Origin: the human T2T-CHM13v2.0 reference genome, Homo sapiens
Length of the DNA stretch: 64,000 bases
Strand: one strand, 5' to 3'
Assembly (NCBI RefSeq): GCF_009914755.1
Contig: NC_060930.1
Positions 44,071 to 58,611 of the stretch are shown piece by piece (position 1 is the stretch's first letter; each line of letters opens with the position of its first letter). The translations under genes were made by a program, and so were the position numbers. The notes under the pieces were generated by a model, which saw nothing but the letters and a program-made list of their open reading frames with translations, was not told where the DNA came from and made no database searches.

Positions 44071-44386
44071 AAACTTGACGTTATTGAGAGAGATGAGAGA
44101 TAACTTAACCAAATGGAGAAATTTTACCATGTTTATGGTTTTTGAAGAGTCTATATTATAATGTGATCTCAGTGAAAATTCTTGCAAGTATTATTTTAGA
44201 AATTGATGGACTTATTCTAAAATATGTGGAAATGGAAAGGGCCAGGAATAGCTAAGCCACTCTTGAGGAAGAGCAAGAGAGAAGAACTTGGTGTACCATA
44301 TAATTTACCATAATTAATACAGTATGATGTTAAAGTAAAGATAAATAAATGGAATAGACTAGAGAGCTCCAAAACAGACCTAAGTA

Positions 44387-44735
44387 CTGTCAGCTGTTTG
44401 TATCCTCAGGTTCCACATCTGTGGATTCAACCAACCTAGGATCAAAACTTTTAGGGGAAATATTTAAAATGGTTGCATTTGTACTGAAATATACAAATTT
44501 TTTCTTGTCATTATTTCCTAAGCAATGCAGCATAACAGTGATTTACACAGTATTTACATTGTATTAGGTATTTTAAGTAATCTAAAGATGATATAAATTA
44601 TATTGGAGGTTGTGCATAGGTTATGTGCAAATATGACACCGTTTTATATAAGGGACTTGAGCATCTGTGAATTTTGGTGTTTGTGTGGGGACCTGTAACC
44701 AATCCCCCCCACCCCAGATACCAAGGGACGATTGT
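44387..44735 (+). mobile_element. MER2 (TcMar-Tigger)
   Basis: ggttccacatctgtggattcaaccaac...ttttatataagggacttgagcatc...gataccaagggacga. Confidence 0.85.
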
Positions 44736-46156
44736 GTAGATAAATATTTATGACAGTGATGACACTGGAGCAATTGGAAAAGAGTAGTCTTTTCAATAAC
44801 ATTTCTATTCAGTGACATTCGTATATTTAATAACATTTGGATATTCATGTGAGAGAAGAAAAGAAAATTATAACACAGACATCAATTCCTGGTACACTGT
44901 AGATGTAAATTCGAAAGACTTAACAATAAAGCTTCTAGAAGATAACACCAGAAGGTATCTTGGTGACCTTAGGGTGGGGAGAGACTTCTTTTAAACAGGA
45001 CACAGAAAACACTAACCATGAAGATAAGGTTGAAAATTTGAACTGTGTTAAAATTAAAAACTTTCAGTCATCATAAGACACCATTAAAGAGGGAGAAGAC
45101 GAGCCACAGGATGGGAAAAATACTTGTCAGTTGTGTAACCACAAAGTAGAAATCAATAAGGAAAAGGTAACACAATAGAAAAACACAGGAAACTTCAAAT
45201 GTCCTTCAAAAAATGCATATCCAAATGGCCAACAAATGTGAAAAAAATGCTTAGCTTCATTAGTAGTCAGAGGAATGCTAATTGAAACATTTAATACATA
45301 CACTAGAATGGTTAAAATATAAAAACACTGATAATAAATATTGGAGAGGAAGTGGATCAAAATAAATTTTTATACTATACGGAGGATAAAAATATGTACA
45401 ACCATTTTAGAAAATAATTTAACACTATGTACTAAAGTTTTTTTTTTTTTTTTTAAATCATCTTCTTTGTCCTGTAGTCTTTTTTTTCTCAAGGGTCAGT
45501 CTCTTGTCCTGCTTCTTTATCTTGTCCTGTCTCTCTCATGATAGAGCCCTTCTTGAACCTTTGGTGAACATTGTTTAAGTGTGAAACAATGAAAATCTGA
45601 ATTAGGAGCTTGTGTTCATGAACAGAGCTGTCCGCTGCCAACCTTAATTTGGGGTGACCCCCTAAAGTGCTAGTCTTTGAGATGGAAGTCATATAATGGA
45701 ACACAGAATTCTTTTCGTGGGTTATTTCAATTTTTCTAGAGAAAAAACTAGCCCATTACCTACAAGTCAGAAGCCTGGCCTTTGCTGTTCTGTGGGCAGT
45801 GATGGTCGCTTGTTCTGTGTATTAGTTCCACCTTTTCATTCTTGTTTTCTGCAAAACTCAGTGTGTGAGTGTCCAGTCTCTCTGGAGTTCTGTAGGGCAA
45901 GTTTGCTGCTGATCACATCTCCTTCTAGAAATGACATTCCAAGCTTAATTAAGAGTAAGAGCCTGAGGTTTTAAGCAAAGGATTTGTATTAGACTTGGTA
46001 GGCTATTGTGACTATATGGCAAACTTTTTACTGGACCTTGTGTATGTATTGTGCTATACACATACATATCTGTACATGCCATCATCACTATAGCTCTGTC
46101 AGATAGTATTATCCCCATTCTGTAATTGAGGCTTATTTGATGTGATTTTCAGATTC

Positions 46157-46473
46157 CTTTTTTTGTTTTGTTTTGTTTTTTTTTTTTTTTGAGACAGAGT
46201 CTCGCTTTATTGCCCAGGCTGTAGTGCAGAGGCATGATTTCAGCTCACGGCAACCTCCACCTCCTGGGTTCAACTGATTCTCATGCCTCGGCCACCCAGG
46301 TAGCTGGAATTACAAGCATGCACCACCAAGCCCGGCTAAGTTTTGTATTTTTAGTAGAGATGGGGTTTCACCATGTTGGCCAGGCTCGTCTTGAACGCCT
46401 GTCCTCAAGTGATCCACCCCGTCTTGGCCTCCCAAAGTGTTGGGATTACAGGTGTGAGCCACTGCGCCTGGCC
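46157..46473 (-). mobile_element. AluS (antisense), nearest Alu upstream of exon 3
   Basis: Antisense Alu; TSD ttcagattcct. Confidence 0.95.
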
Positions 46474-47936
46474 AATATTCAGATTCCTGATTACTGTTTT
46501 CATATTTGAGCTTGGATACCAGCTAGAATCTGTGTGCTCTCAGAGTTTAAGCACATAACCGTAGTATACTACTTGAGTTTATTTAAATTGGAGATGTAGG
46601 AAGGTTAAGTTGATGAGTTTCTAAATTGGAAGTACTTTGTTAAAATGGATCATGGTGGGGGTTTAGGTTGGGTAAAGAGGTAAAATTACTATATACTGAA
46701 GCACTGGGCAAAGATAAGGGACTTTATCTGAATATAAAGAGCTATTAGCAGATTTCAGAATCTAGGATCTTGAAGAGCTAAATTAAGTGCTTATAGATGA
46801 GTCTGTGAGTCTCAACAGAGGGTGAAATAAGATGTATGAAAATCCCCTCGGAGACTTTCTTCGAATGATACAGGCGTACTACCTACCACCTTTCATTTGA
46901 GAATCACTTTTCTAAGGTGTGGCAATGCAAAATAAGAGCCAGTGGAGTACAGATGATACCAGAAGTACCCAGCTTCTTAAGCCCTGATGGCAGTGGATTT
47001 TCTAGCACGTTACTTTTATGTAATGATATACTAAAAGTTGGATAAATGCAAGAAAAAAGTAGAAGACCATATGCATAAGAATCAGTACCTATTTGATTGA
47101 ATAAGTAAATGAAAACCACCTGTGGAATTTTGTGGAACTGATAGCAAACTCTTATATTTTGGCCTTTATGCAGATAACATGCAAATGAGGAAAATTTACT
47201 TTTCACGATTTAGCCCGTTTTTCCTATTGGCTTTAAAGAAATAACTTGTATATATGAATATTAGGAATTTCTGTTGAGGGATGGTAATTTTTTATTTTTT
47301 TATTGTACAGTTTTTAATTTATACAATTATTGATATCACTGGCCTATTTAGTGATATTCAGAGTTTAGGTTTCTTATAAGTTAAAGGTAGAAAGGAATAT
47401 GTACTCTTAAGACACATTTAGTGTAGCCAACCCATAGTTTTCGTAACATATTTCTGAACAGTTGCTTTGGAGAAAGTATAATTTTTCTTAGGTAAATAAA
47501 AGAGGACTTTCCCCAAAGGATTTTGGTAGAAAGGGCAGTCCCTAACAATTTCTTCAACACTGTCATGACAAAGAGACAGTTGGACATTTTGTGGAAGGGA
47601 CTTGTATTCTTGGCTGGCATCTAATATTTTGTCAAACTCTTTAATACTCTCTGTTTTAGGTTATTTGTTGATGGACAGTTGTATCTGTTCTAGCTGTATA
47701 CTGTTCCCAGTTCATAGTTTGTGTTAATACTTGTGAAAATATAATGCTAAACGATGAGCTATTGTAATTAGACCTGAGACTTAGCAAGAAATTCATAAGG
47801 GCTCTAGATTTTATTTCAACTTAGTATTAAAAAGACATTTAACTTCAGTAAGTAAATGTAGATATACTTTATATTTTAAGAGCTGTAAGTTCCAGCAAGT
47901 GAATAATGTATAGTGATCCTTTTTTTTTTTTCTCAG

Positions 47937-48053
47937 TTTAATTTTGTTGGGAGAATCCTTGGACCTAGAGGACTTACAGCCAAACAACTTGAAGCAGAAA
48001 CCGGATGTAAAATCATGGTCCGAGGCAAAGGCTCAATGAGGGATAAAAAAAAG
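47937..48053 (+). CDS. QKI: QKI coding exon 3 (KH core with GPRG GxxG loop)
   Basis: T12 tract then ctcag| acceptor; donor AAG|gtaagt. Translates [39 protein letters not shown] (39 aa), in frame with exon 2. Not present in the ORF track. Confidence 0.98.
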
Positions 48054-48160
48054 GTAAGTCCTTGAAAATGGACTAAGTCTTTATGTGAGTAACTTACTAT
48101 ACTTTTACATCGTAATAATAAAATTTCCAGATTTTTTTGTGCTTAAAACACTATATTCCA

Positions 48161-48824
<664 letters not shown>

Positions 48825-49389
48825 GGTTTCCCCTTGTTAATTATCATTTTTTACTTAGCAAATTAAAATATCAGTTCATCATGTTACCTTCCTTTGTCAT
48901 TTACTTTTGGGAAGCTGCCAGTTTGGAAATTAGTCAGACTGTAATGTGTGTAAAAGTATATAAAAGTTTTGAAAAATCTGAAATTTTTCTTTTGATGAGA
49001 TTTAAATAAGAATGGTCAAATAACTTTGGATGTATGTCAGATCACTGGGAGAGTTAGAAGACAGAAATCTATTAGAAGGAAGGCTATCACTAGCCATATG
49101 AGATACACTTTGGGTTTCATCAACATTTTGTGTTGATTTTACATTTTAAAGTATATTGTTTCTGTTTCTGTGGGTTTTTTTCTCCTGCCATTTCTTCTTT
49201 TGCTGGTTTAATTAGTAAAGACCCAACTATCTAAATATTATTGTTAGGAAGATTTTATTTACCTAGTTTGTCTTACCCAGCAATACTGTGAGGCAGGATA
49301 GTTTTGAATTTCTATTCTTGTAAAAATTGGCGGATTTAAAAAAATAGATTTTGATGGCCAAAGAGTAAAAGTGTTTTAGGAAGGTTTGG

Positions 49390-49462
49390 TCTGTCTGTCT
49401 GTCTGTCTGTCTCTTTCTCTCTCTCTCTCTCTCTTTCTTCCTTCCTTCCTTCCTTTCTTTCC
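49390..49462. repeat. Compound (TCTG)n(TC)n(TTCC)n microsatellite
   Basis: Read directly from the sequence. Confidence 0.9.
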
Positions 49463-51060
49463 ATTGACTTGAAGGGGCTATCTAGGAATAGTGCGTGGTT
49501 AGCTGTGTTAGACCCGTACGCTGAATCGCTTTGTGGAACTTACGGAATGAATACCAAACCCACAGGGTATCTGATAAACTTGTTTTCTGAGCCCTCCGCC
49601 TCATGTCTTTTAAGCCCTCACATAAGCTGACTGGATCTCATTCATTTTTGCTCCTCATCAATGATTTAGTAGCCAAGAAATTTGGGCAAAAAGTTCTCAT
49701 AATATTGATTATTTAAAAATCTTATTATAATGTATTCCTTGTCAACTGTGTTTAAAGATATGTTCATGGGAGTCTGTGAGTTCTCCTTGAGCAATTTTAG
49801 ATGTATTAAATTTTTTTATGAGAATCTTAAAAAAATGTGCATATTTTGAATCAGTTGAGTGATAATCTTTTCAAATGAACGTTGCCATGAAGTTTTGGTT
49901 CTCATGTTTGGACTTAGGATTATGTGGTCATTAAGTAATACTAGTTTAATTGCCTGTGGACAATGAATGAAGTCTTGACAACTGGCAGATATATAAATCT
50001 GTATGAAAAGATTAGTATATATTCATCAGTTAGGCTATTCTGTCAGCCAGTTAACAAAACCCCTTTTTCCCTGCTTCTGAGTTTCTGTGAATTCTGCAGT
50101 AATGGCCCCCCACTCAACCTTGCTTACTGTTTCAAGCCCTCACAGACAATGAGCATTAGAGCTTATAACTGTGTGATTATACTGTTGCACTCTTATAAGT
50201 GTTTATAATAAAAGTAAAGTCAGAATGGAATGCTTGGCCATTTGGTAAAGAACATGAAAAGAGATGGAAACAAAAAGAAGTATTGATGTAAGTAATAAAG
50301 ATAGCTCATTGAGATGTATTTCAGGAGTTCAAGAGGAAAAGCCATTTGCTTTAAACTTTTCTACAGAGTTGTCCATGTATATATAGACATGTGTGTATAT
50401 ATATATATGTGTGTGCGTATATATATAATGTGTATATCTATATGTGTGTATATACTGATTGCCTGTTTTACTTTTAACACAAAATGCTACGATGGGAATG
50501 GTGTGTGCTGGTCTGAATCCTTCCCTACACTGGTAAACTCAGTGAGAGCCTACCATGGCTATTCTATGGAGTATTAATTTCCTTGGTGTTTGGTGAGTAC
50601 CTGGCACAGAGTGCAGGCACTTGAAAAAAATATCTGTGAAAGGAGTGACTAGTTCAGGTAATAAATGAAAGGCTTAGGTGTACCTTCCCTCATGTTCCCC
50701 GAAAAGGTTGGTTAAATAAAGAAAATTGTAAATGCTATGTACTTCTAATGCTTTGGGGAAGTTAGTACTATATTATTCTAAGCTGCTGGTTTTTAGCAAG
50801 TAAGTTAATATGCCACTTTAGTTTTCATTTTCTTGGATTGTTATTATTTCAGCATTATTGATGGGCTCAACAGCATTGATTTAGTGCATAAATACCCAGT
50901 GGAATGGTACTAGTTAAGATCATGGAACCAGGGCTTGAAAACTATTATGAACTTCTTGTCTGTACCAGCTATTTTGTAAATGAAGAGACCAAAGCCTTGG
51001 GGAGGTTGAGTAATTTGCCAAAGGTCACACGCCAAAATGTGGCAGTCAAATTTGAAACTA

Positions 51061-51360
51061 GGCTGGGCACAGTGGCTCACACCTGTAATCTCAGCACTTT
51101 GGGAGGCTGAGGCAGGAGGATCCCAGGAGTTGAAGACCAACAAGGTCAACATAGTGAGACCCCCATCTCTACAATAAAACTTAAAAAATAATTAGCCAGG
51201 TGTGGTGGCGTGCACCTGTAGTCCCAGCTGCTAGGTAGGCTGAGGAGGGAGGATGCTTGAGCCCAGGAGTTGAGGCAACAGTGAGCTATGATTGTGTGCC
51301 ACTGCACTCCAGCTTGGGTGACAGAACGAGACTCTGTCTCGGGGGAAAAAAGAAAAAGAA
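51061..51360 (+). mobile_element. AluJ-like, inserted in a MIR
   Basis: Alu with gcttgagcccaggagtt; MIR-like text at 50930-51060. Confidence 0.9.
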
Positions 51361-51489
51361 ACTGAATTCTGAGTTCTATTCTGTGGTACATTATTTTCTA
51401 ATTATAAACCATTTCTAAGAGTGATAACTTCAGACATACTAGAACAACTTGAATATTGAGTATTAGAAACTTTGACTACCATTTCACAC

Positions 51490-52187
51490 ACCACCCAGTA
51501 CACTTGTGACCCCAGATGTTGTAAGGGTTTCTCCCCACAAACCAAACAAATCTCCAGAAAACACCATCTGAATGTCCTCTAATTCAGTTCAAAACTGGGA
51601 ATAATGTCACATACCACAGGCTGAGGGCTCAGTCCCCTAAGACTGTCTCCACTTCAGATGCCAGTTACAAGCCCCAGTGGTGACCTGTGCTTTTGACTGA
51701 CCAGCTGTAAATGTGTTTTTTTGCAAGTCCCTCGTCGGGTTCAATTAATTTGCTAGAGTAGTTCACAGAACTCAGGGAAGCACTTTACTTATTTATTATA
51801 AAGGATATTACAAAGGATACCGACGAACAGCAGATGGAAAAGATGCATAGGGCAAGACATGTGGGAAGGGGCTCAGAGCTCCCATCCCTTCTCCAGTGTG
51901 CCACCCTCCAGGTGCATCCATGTGTTCAGCTATTTGGAATCTCTCCAAACCCCGTCCTTCTGTTTTTTTGTGGAGGTTTCATTATGTAGGCATGACTGAT
52001 GTTCATCATTGGCCATTGGTGATCGACTCAACATTCAGCCTTTCTCCCTTCCTTAGAGGTTGGGGAATGAGGCTGAAAGTCTCAGCCCTCTGTATACTTG
52101 GTTAGGGTTTCTCTGGAATCAGCCTTGATCTTGAGACTATCCAGGGCCCCCACCCATTTGTCACTTCATTATACAGAAAGACACAAA
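51490..52187. mobile_element. MER21-like LTR (resumes at about 54155-54245)
   Basis: gagggctcagtccc...cacttcagatgccagt...aatttgctagag...cacagaactcaggga. Confidence 0.75.
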
Positions 52188-54152
52188 CAGGTTCCAGACC
52201 ACCACAATAAGGGAACATTGCGATAAAGCTAGTCACACATTTTTTTAGTTTCCTAGTGCATATAAAAGTTATGTTTATACCATACTATAGTCTATTAAAT
52301 TTGTAACAGCATTATGTCTAAAAAATATACATACCTTAGTTTAAAAATACTTTATTGCTGAAAAATGCTAATGATCATCTGAGCCTTCAGAGAGTTTTAA
52401 TCTTTTGCTGGTGGAAGGCCTTGCCTGGATGTTGATGGCATGTTGATGGCTGCTGACTGATCAGGGTGGTGGTTGCCAATGGTTGGGGTGACTGTGACGA
52501 TTGCTTAAAATAAGAACAACGAAGTTTGCCTCATGGATTTGCTCTTCCTTTCACAAAGATGTCTCTAGCATGCAGTGCTTTTTGATAGCATTTTACCCAC
52601 AGAACTTTTGCTGTTGCTTTATAAACTAAGTTTATATAATATTATAAATTTTTTTTTGTCATTTCAACAGTGTTCACTGTATCTTCACTACAAATACATT
52701 TCATCTCAAGAAATCACTTTCTCTGCTCATCCATAAGAAGCAACTCCTGATCAAGTTTGATCATGCAGTTGCAGCAATTCAGTCACATCTTCAGGCTACA
52801 CTTCTAATTCTAGTTCTCTTGCTCTTTCCACCACATCTGCAGTTTCTTCCTCCATCATACTCCTAAACCCCTCAGAGTCATCCTTGAGGGTTGGAATTAA
52901 CTTTTTCCAGACTCCTGCTAATGTTGATATTTTGACCTCTCTCCATGAATCATGAATGTTCTTAATGGCATTGAGAATGGTGATTCCTTTCCAGGAGGTT
53001 TTCAATATACTTTGCCCAGATTTATCAGAGGAATCACTGTCTGTGGCAGCTATAGGCCTATGAAAGACATTTCTTAAATAATAAGGCTTGAAAGTCTAAA
53101 TTACTCCTTGATCCATGGGTTACAGAATGAATGTTGTGTTAGCAGGAGTGAAAACAACATTCATCTCCTTGTACGTCTCTACCAGAGATTTTGGGTTACC
53201 AGGTGGATTGACAATGAGCAGTAATATTTGGAAAGGAATCTCTTTTTCTGAGCAATATGTCTCAACAGTAGGCTTAAAATATTCAATAAACCTTTCTCTG
53301 CTGACATCCAGGCTTTGTTGTTCCAATTGTAGAGCACAGGCAGGGTACATTAGCCTTTTTTTTTTTTTTTCTTTTTAAGACAGAGTCTCACTCTACCGCC
53401 CAGGCTGGTGTGTAGTGGTGCAATCTCAGGTCACTGCAACCTCCGCCTTCTGGGTTCGAGCAGTCATGCCTCAGCCTGCTGAGTAGCTGGGGTTACAGGC
53501 ATGCACCACCACACCCAGCTAATTTTTTGTATTTTTAGTAGAGATGCGGTTTTGCCGTGTTGGCCAGGCTAGTCTCGAACTCCTGGCCTCAAGTGATCTG
53601 CCCACCTTGGCCTTCCAAAGTGCTAGGATTACAGGTGTGAGCCACTGCACCTGTCCCATTTAGCATAATTTTTAAGGGCCCTAGTATTTTTGGAATGGTC
53701 AATCAGCATTTGCTTCAACATAAAGTCACCAGTTGCATTAGCCCCTAACAAGAGAATCAGCCTGTCTTTGGAAGGTTTGAAGCCAGGCATTGACTTCTCT
53801 CTAGCTCTGAAAGTTTTAGATGTAATCTTCTTCCATTAGCAGTCCAGACACACACAGTACTTGTCACTTAAGTTCACTGTCTTATATGGGCATGGTTTGG
53901 TGTGCCCCAGAACAATTACAGTAGTAATTTCAAAGATTACTATCTACAGGTCACTATGGCAGACATAATAATAATAGTAATGTAAAAGTTTGAAATATTG
54001 TGAGAATTACCAAAATGTGGCTTGGAGACACGAATTGAGCACATGGTGTTGGAAAAATGGTGCCACAAGATTTGTTTGATGCAGGGTTGCCATAAGCCTT
54101 CAATTTGGAAAAATGCAGTATATGTGAAGTACAATAAAAGGAGGTATGCCTG
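52188..54152 (-). mobile_element. Tigger1, internally deleted, with transposase remnants
   Basis: Minus-strand peptide WKGITILNAIKNIHDSWREVKISTLAGVWKKLIP (Tigger/TIGD1-like); terminus gaggtatgcctg|ta. Confidence 0.9.
53357..53656 (-). mobile_element. AluS inside Tigger1
   Basis: Antisense Alu. Confidence 0.93.
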
Positions 54153-54989
54153 TATTACTTGGGAGATTCAGGGGTTTTAGGAGATTTGTGCCAGGAAACA
54201 AAGACCAAATATATTTATTTCATCATAAATCACAATATCATACTATCATTCCTTTGATTTTTCAGGAATTCTCCCTAGAGGATTTAATCCCATGTACTTA
54301 ATGGAAATCTATATACTTGAGCAGATTACAAATGCTAGAGGAGTAATTTTAGATGAGATCGGGTGCATTCAGTATGGTATGGTGTAGACTAGAGGATGAA
54401 TTTTAGGAAAAGAAAGTAATTATGGTGTTTCACTTGAGGTTGCAGAGGCCGTATCCAGGGCTGTGAAAGAAATGTATTCATGCTAGGAGGCATGGTCCAC
54501 CTTTAGAAACAGGTGGGAGTCAGCTGGTTCTAATGTAGCAAATGAGAACATGTAAGCCATTAAAACAGAACAGTGTTTTGCACGTAATTAGGTACTTGGC
54601 AAATTGTTGTGGAGTGACAAGTAGTACATTGAAGTTCACCCTTTGGGTATATATATGCATGGTCATTGTAGGGGACACCATTTGTGGTTTTGTCTTATCC
54701 GTCTGCAATTTGTCAGCTCTTCTGAGGTCTCCCTTCTCATAAACAAGAGGAGAATAAGTAGCCATGCTTGTGGGTTCCTCCTTCTCACCTCCTTTTTCTG
54801 TCCTTCCTTCTCTCCCATTGTGTTGATGGGTGAAATGTATGCAGTTTATCAAAGCCATGTCAGTCAGATGTTGCATCATCTGGAAATGTGCAAAGACTTA
54901 GCAATTCCAGTTCAAGTTCTTTGCTCAAAATGAAGGGATGTGCATTCTTCTTCTAGCCATTCCAGGGCTGCTAATAACAGTGGCTAGAG

Positions 54990-55206
54990 CAGGGGTGTCC
55001 AATCTTTTGGCTTCCCTGGACCACATTGGAAGATGACAAATTGTCATGGGCCACACATAAAATACACTAACAATAGCTGATGAGCTAAAAACAAACAAAC
55101 AAACAAAAACCTCATGTTTTAAGAAAGTTTATGAATTTGTGTGGGGCCACATTCAAAGCCTTCCTGGGCCGCATGCGGCCTATGGACCGGGGGTTGGACA
55201 AGCTTG
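54990..55206 (+). mobile_element. MER30 (hAT) with 8-bp TSD
   Basis: caggggtgtccaa ... ttggacaagcttg termini; TSD ggctagag/ggctagat. Confidence 0.9.
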
Positions 55207-56339
55207 GGCTAGATGGTATCAGCCACTTTTACTATCTGTGCTGCATCATGTTCAGACCATGGGACAACCTTGGAAAAGAGTTACACTCTTCCAACGGAAA
55301 TGGAGGCTTAAAGAAGTGTAGTAACCCACCCAGTTGCTCATTTCTACCTGAAGAGTACACAATACAGAAACTTCCATCTCTCACTGGATATTCAAATTCA
55401 GTTGTACAAATCATTCTTGTCAGAATGTGGGCTTTGAAATAAATTGGTAATAGTTTTTAACTTAATATTTGTTTCCCAAATGTATTTGGCCATAGTCTCC
55501 CCTTTTTTGAAGATGTCCCTATAACTCCTTGAAGAACTACAGTGTTTTGTGGAACATGACTTACGAAATGTTATTAGAGTCATATTGTATAATTGCAGAC
55601 ATAGGTGGAATTCTTGAATTTTGTTTTGCAGGACTTGTTTAGGTAGAGCATTTAATAACTTCTTTTACGTGATGCTTTTCATATACATTACAAATTGTTA
55701 AGTATCTCTTATAGCAGAGATTTCTTAGCTCTGTTTGTTATGCTTAAAATATATTTTAATTGGTCAATATGTTATATTTTTAGAAAAGTGAGAAAGTCCT
55801 AGAGGGTCTCAAGAAAATTAAAGGCTCCTGACATTCCATTAGTTTAGACACTACCCTTGTTTATAGTTTGGTATGTCTTGTAGATTGTTCTTCATGCAGT
55901 TATGCATATGTACACGTATGGTATATTAAGTGGATCATATTATATTTGCTGCTTTATAATCAACATTTTTTTCCTGCAACTCTGTATCCTGTCCTATGTC
56001 AGTTCACCAAATAGTAGAGCTTTATGCCTAAGACTGTGATAGGTGATAGGAAAGTACACTTAAAGGACATTTCAAGGCAGCATTCATAGTGATATGCAAA
56101 AATAAATTTCCTTGAATTTTTGGGTGGGGGAACTTACAAGATTTTATTCTTATGAAATATGTTACTGCTGTGTCAACACTTTGAAAGAGAGAAATTAATT
56201 CAGTCTTGTGATTGATACACCAGAGTGGCTTTGGCAATTGGTGGCATGACATCAAGTACAAGTAGGGTTCCAAACAGCCTGTTTTATCGATCTTGTTGAA
56301 TACTTAGCTCTCTGACAAGCTCTAGCATGGATATAGTTT

Positions 56340-58560
56340 TTTTTTTTACGTTTTCATTATGCAAAATTTTAAGCAATGGAAAGACAAGTAGTGTAGTGAA
56401 CTCTAATTTACCCATCACCCAGGGTCAGCATTGCCTCTCTCCTTTCAAGAGGGAACTCTCTCATTCCCCATTGCCTCACTTCACCTTTTGCCTCCCAGAT
56501 TATTTTAGAAGCAAATTCAGACATATAATTTCAACTGTAAATATTTTATTAGCTATCTCTAAAATAGAACTCTAATGATAACGTGTTTGTGTTTTAATAT
56601 CTAGAAAATTATTTATCCTCAAATATGTTGTCAGTGTTAATAGTTTCTCTGGTGTCTCATTAATATGCTTTTAAAATAATTTGTTTTAATGAGCATACAA
56701 ATGAGGGTCATCTACATTGTAATTGATAGATCTCTTAAGCCACTTCCCAAACCTCCATTTCTCTTTCTTGGCTTCACTGGGTGATTTGTCTTGAATTCCT
56801 GTGGATTTTGCTGGTGGCATTTTCTTGGTGGTGTTTAACATTTATCTCTGTTCCCCATATTTCTTGTAAATTGGTAATGACAAAGGTTTAGTTAAATTCA
56901 GCTCTCCCACCTTCTCTTTCTCATTTCTGTTCTTTTTTGAAAGAATATTTCATAACTAGTGTTTTGATGGTAGTACATAAAGTCTCATTTCCTCTCTGTG
57001 ATTTTAGCAATCATTGTTGATTGTTTTCTAGGTCCTTTTTTTCAGTGGGAGTTGCAGAATAGCTGTATTCTGTTTCTTCATTCATATTAGCTAGATACAG
57101 TTTTTATCAGAAAGGCGGAATAAATGTTTAATTCTTTATTTGCTAGTTTTTAAATAGTGAATTGGTTCCCAAGAATCCTCCAGACTGAAAGAATGAGTGT
57201 TTCCCTGCCCCCCGCCTTTGGGTATCACTACGAATGCATTTAAACAGTTTTATATGTTTCCGTTCATTGAAGATATTATTTTTAACTGGCGCTCAAGTTG
57301 TTTGGCCATTGGAGGGACTTCTTCACATTGACTTCTAAATCTTTTCAACATAATCCTAGTAGATGGGAATAGTAACTTTGCCGTCTAGTGTAGTGTGATA
57401 TGACAGTCTGCACTCTTGTGAGAATTCTTCCTCAGACTTGGAATCAGCCAATTTTTTAGGGAAGCTTTGTTAACAAAAAGTGACAAAAAAAAAGAGAGAG
57501 AGAGAGAAAGAAATAGTGCAGAGATTATAGTCTGGGCTCTAGTGATTCTCATTATTGTAGGCTTTTCAGAGCTGTGAAATACACACGAATATTTTCACAA
57601 GCTCATTCTCATTAAATTTAGGACTATAATGTTTTTATTTAATCTTCTATCTGTATCTTATTTTCTCACTGAAAATTCTGGTTCCTAGTGACACAAAATA
57701 ATGATTCATTTGCTTTATTTCAAAAAAGGAATACAAAGCAGTCTCAGAATAACTATAACCACTACTACCAGTGATACAGTTGGTGACAATTTTACACTGA
57801 GCTCTTACTATTTTGAGGGTATATCCACTAGATACAAGTTACCATCTCTTAAAGCAGCTGGAATAATTTTTACTATGTAACAGTTGTGCTAGTATATAGA
57901 TCCATGGTTAGGTTCATTTGTTGCACTTGATTTTCTAGTTGTGGAAATTGCATAAAATATTTTCCTGTTTTCTACCTTAAAATATTTACATGGTTCCAAA
58001 GCAAAATATGCAAAGCAGAGAATTTTTATAAAGTATGGCTTTCATCTCAGGCCCATTTATTTACCTAGTCCTCCCTTGCTGTTTGGGTAGATTTTTTATT
58101 TTTAGTTTTTGGTTTATCCTTCCATTTCTTTTTTTTTTTTTTTTTTTAAACATAAACAGTTATGTAACAGTTTTGTGTGTGTATCTGTGTATAATTTCTC
58201 ACTCTTCATAGATTATTATACTCTCAGCACTTTTTAATACCTTTATTATTTATTTTCACTTAATAGTATATTGTGGTCATTTAATGGGAGTGTATAAAGA
58301 ATAGCCTTTATTCGTTTTTTTTTTTTTTGCCGTTACAAAAAGGTATAGTGCTGTGTTGAAAAGTGTTTCTTGAAGTTGCTAGTTTATGTTTGAATAGAAT
58401 TGTAGAAGCAGGATCGTGTGTGGTTTTATTAGTTAGTGCTAAATTCCTCCGTCTTAGGGTGATGGTTTGCGTTACCATCAGCAGTGTATGAGAGTAGCAG
58501 TTTCCCCCCAGCTTCACAAAACTTTGCTCTGTTGTGCAGGAGATTGAGCATCTGTTAAAG
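56340..58560 (-). mobile_element. Ancient L1ME-like 3' fragments
   Basis: T-rich; gattattttagaagcaaattcagacat..., catcagcagtgtatgagagt. Confidence 0.55.
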
Positions 58561-58581
58561 GCACTTTCAAAGAAGTTATGC

Positions 58582-58611
58582 TGTGTGTGTGTGTGTGTGT
58601 GTGTTGTGTGT
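58582..58611. repeat. (TG)n microsatellite
   Basis: Read directly from the sequence. Confidence 0.9.

Larger units (their letters stand above)
39600..45440 (+). mobile_element. Ancient fragmented L1M (ORF1/ORF2 remnants) with nested insertions
   Basis: A-rich; ORF1-like ...LEAFEERISKLEDSSEEN...; ORF2-like accttgataccaaaacc and aactcttagcaaacta. Interrupted by Tigger2, MLT, Alu and MER2. Confidence 0.75.

Noticed and set aside
52796-53350. TIGD1-like transposase ORFs
   Set aside because: Short broken pieces of an internally deleted Tigger1, not a domesticated gene.
54520-54933. Overlapping 119-, 96- and 66-aa ORFs
   Set aside because: No recognisable domain, splice structure or coding bias; consistent with chance.
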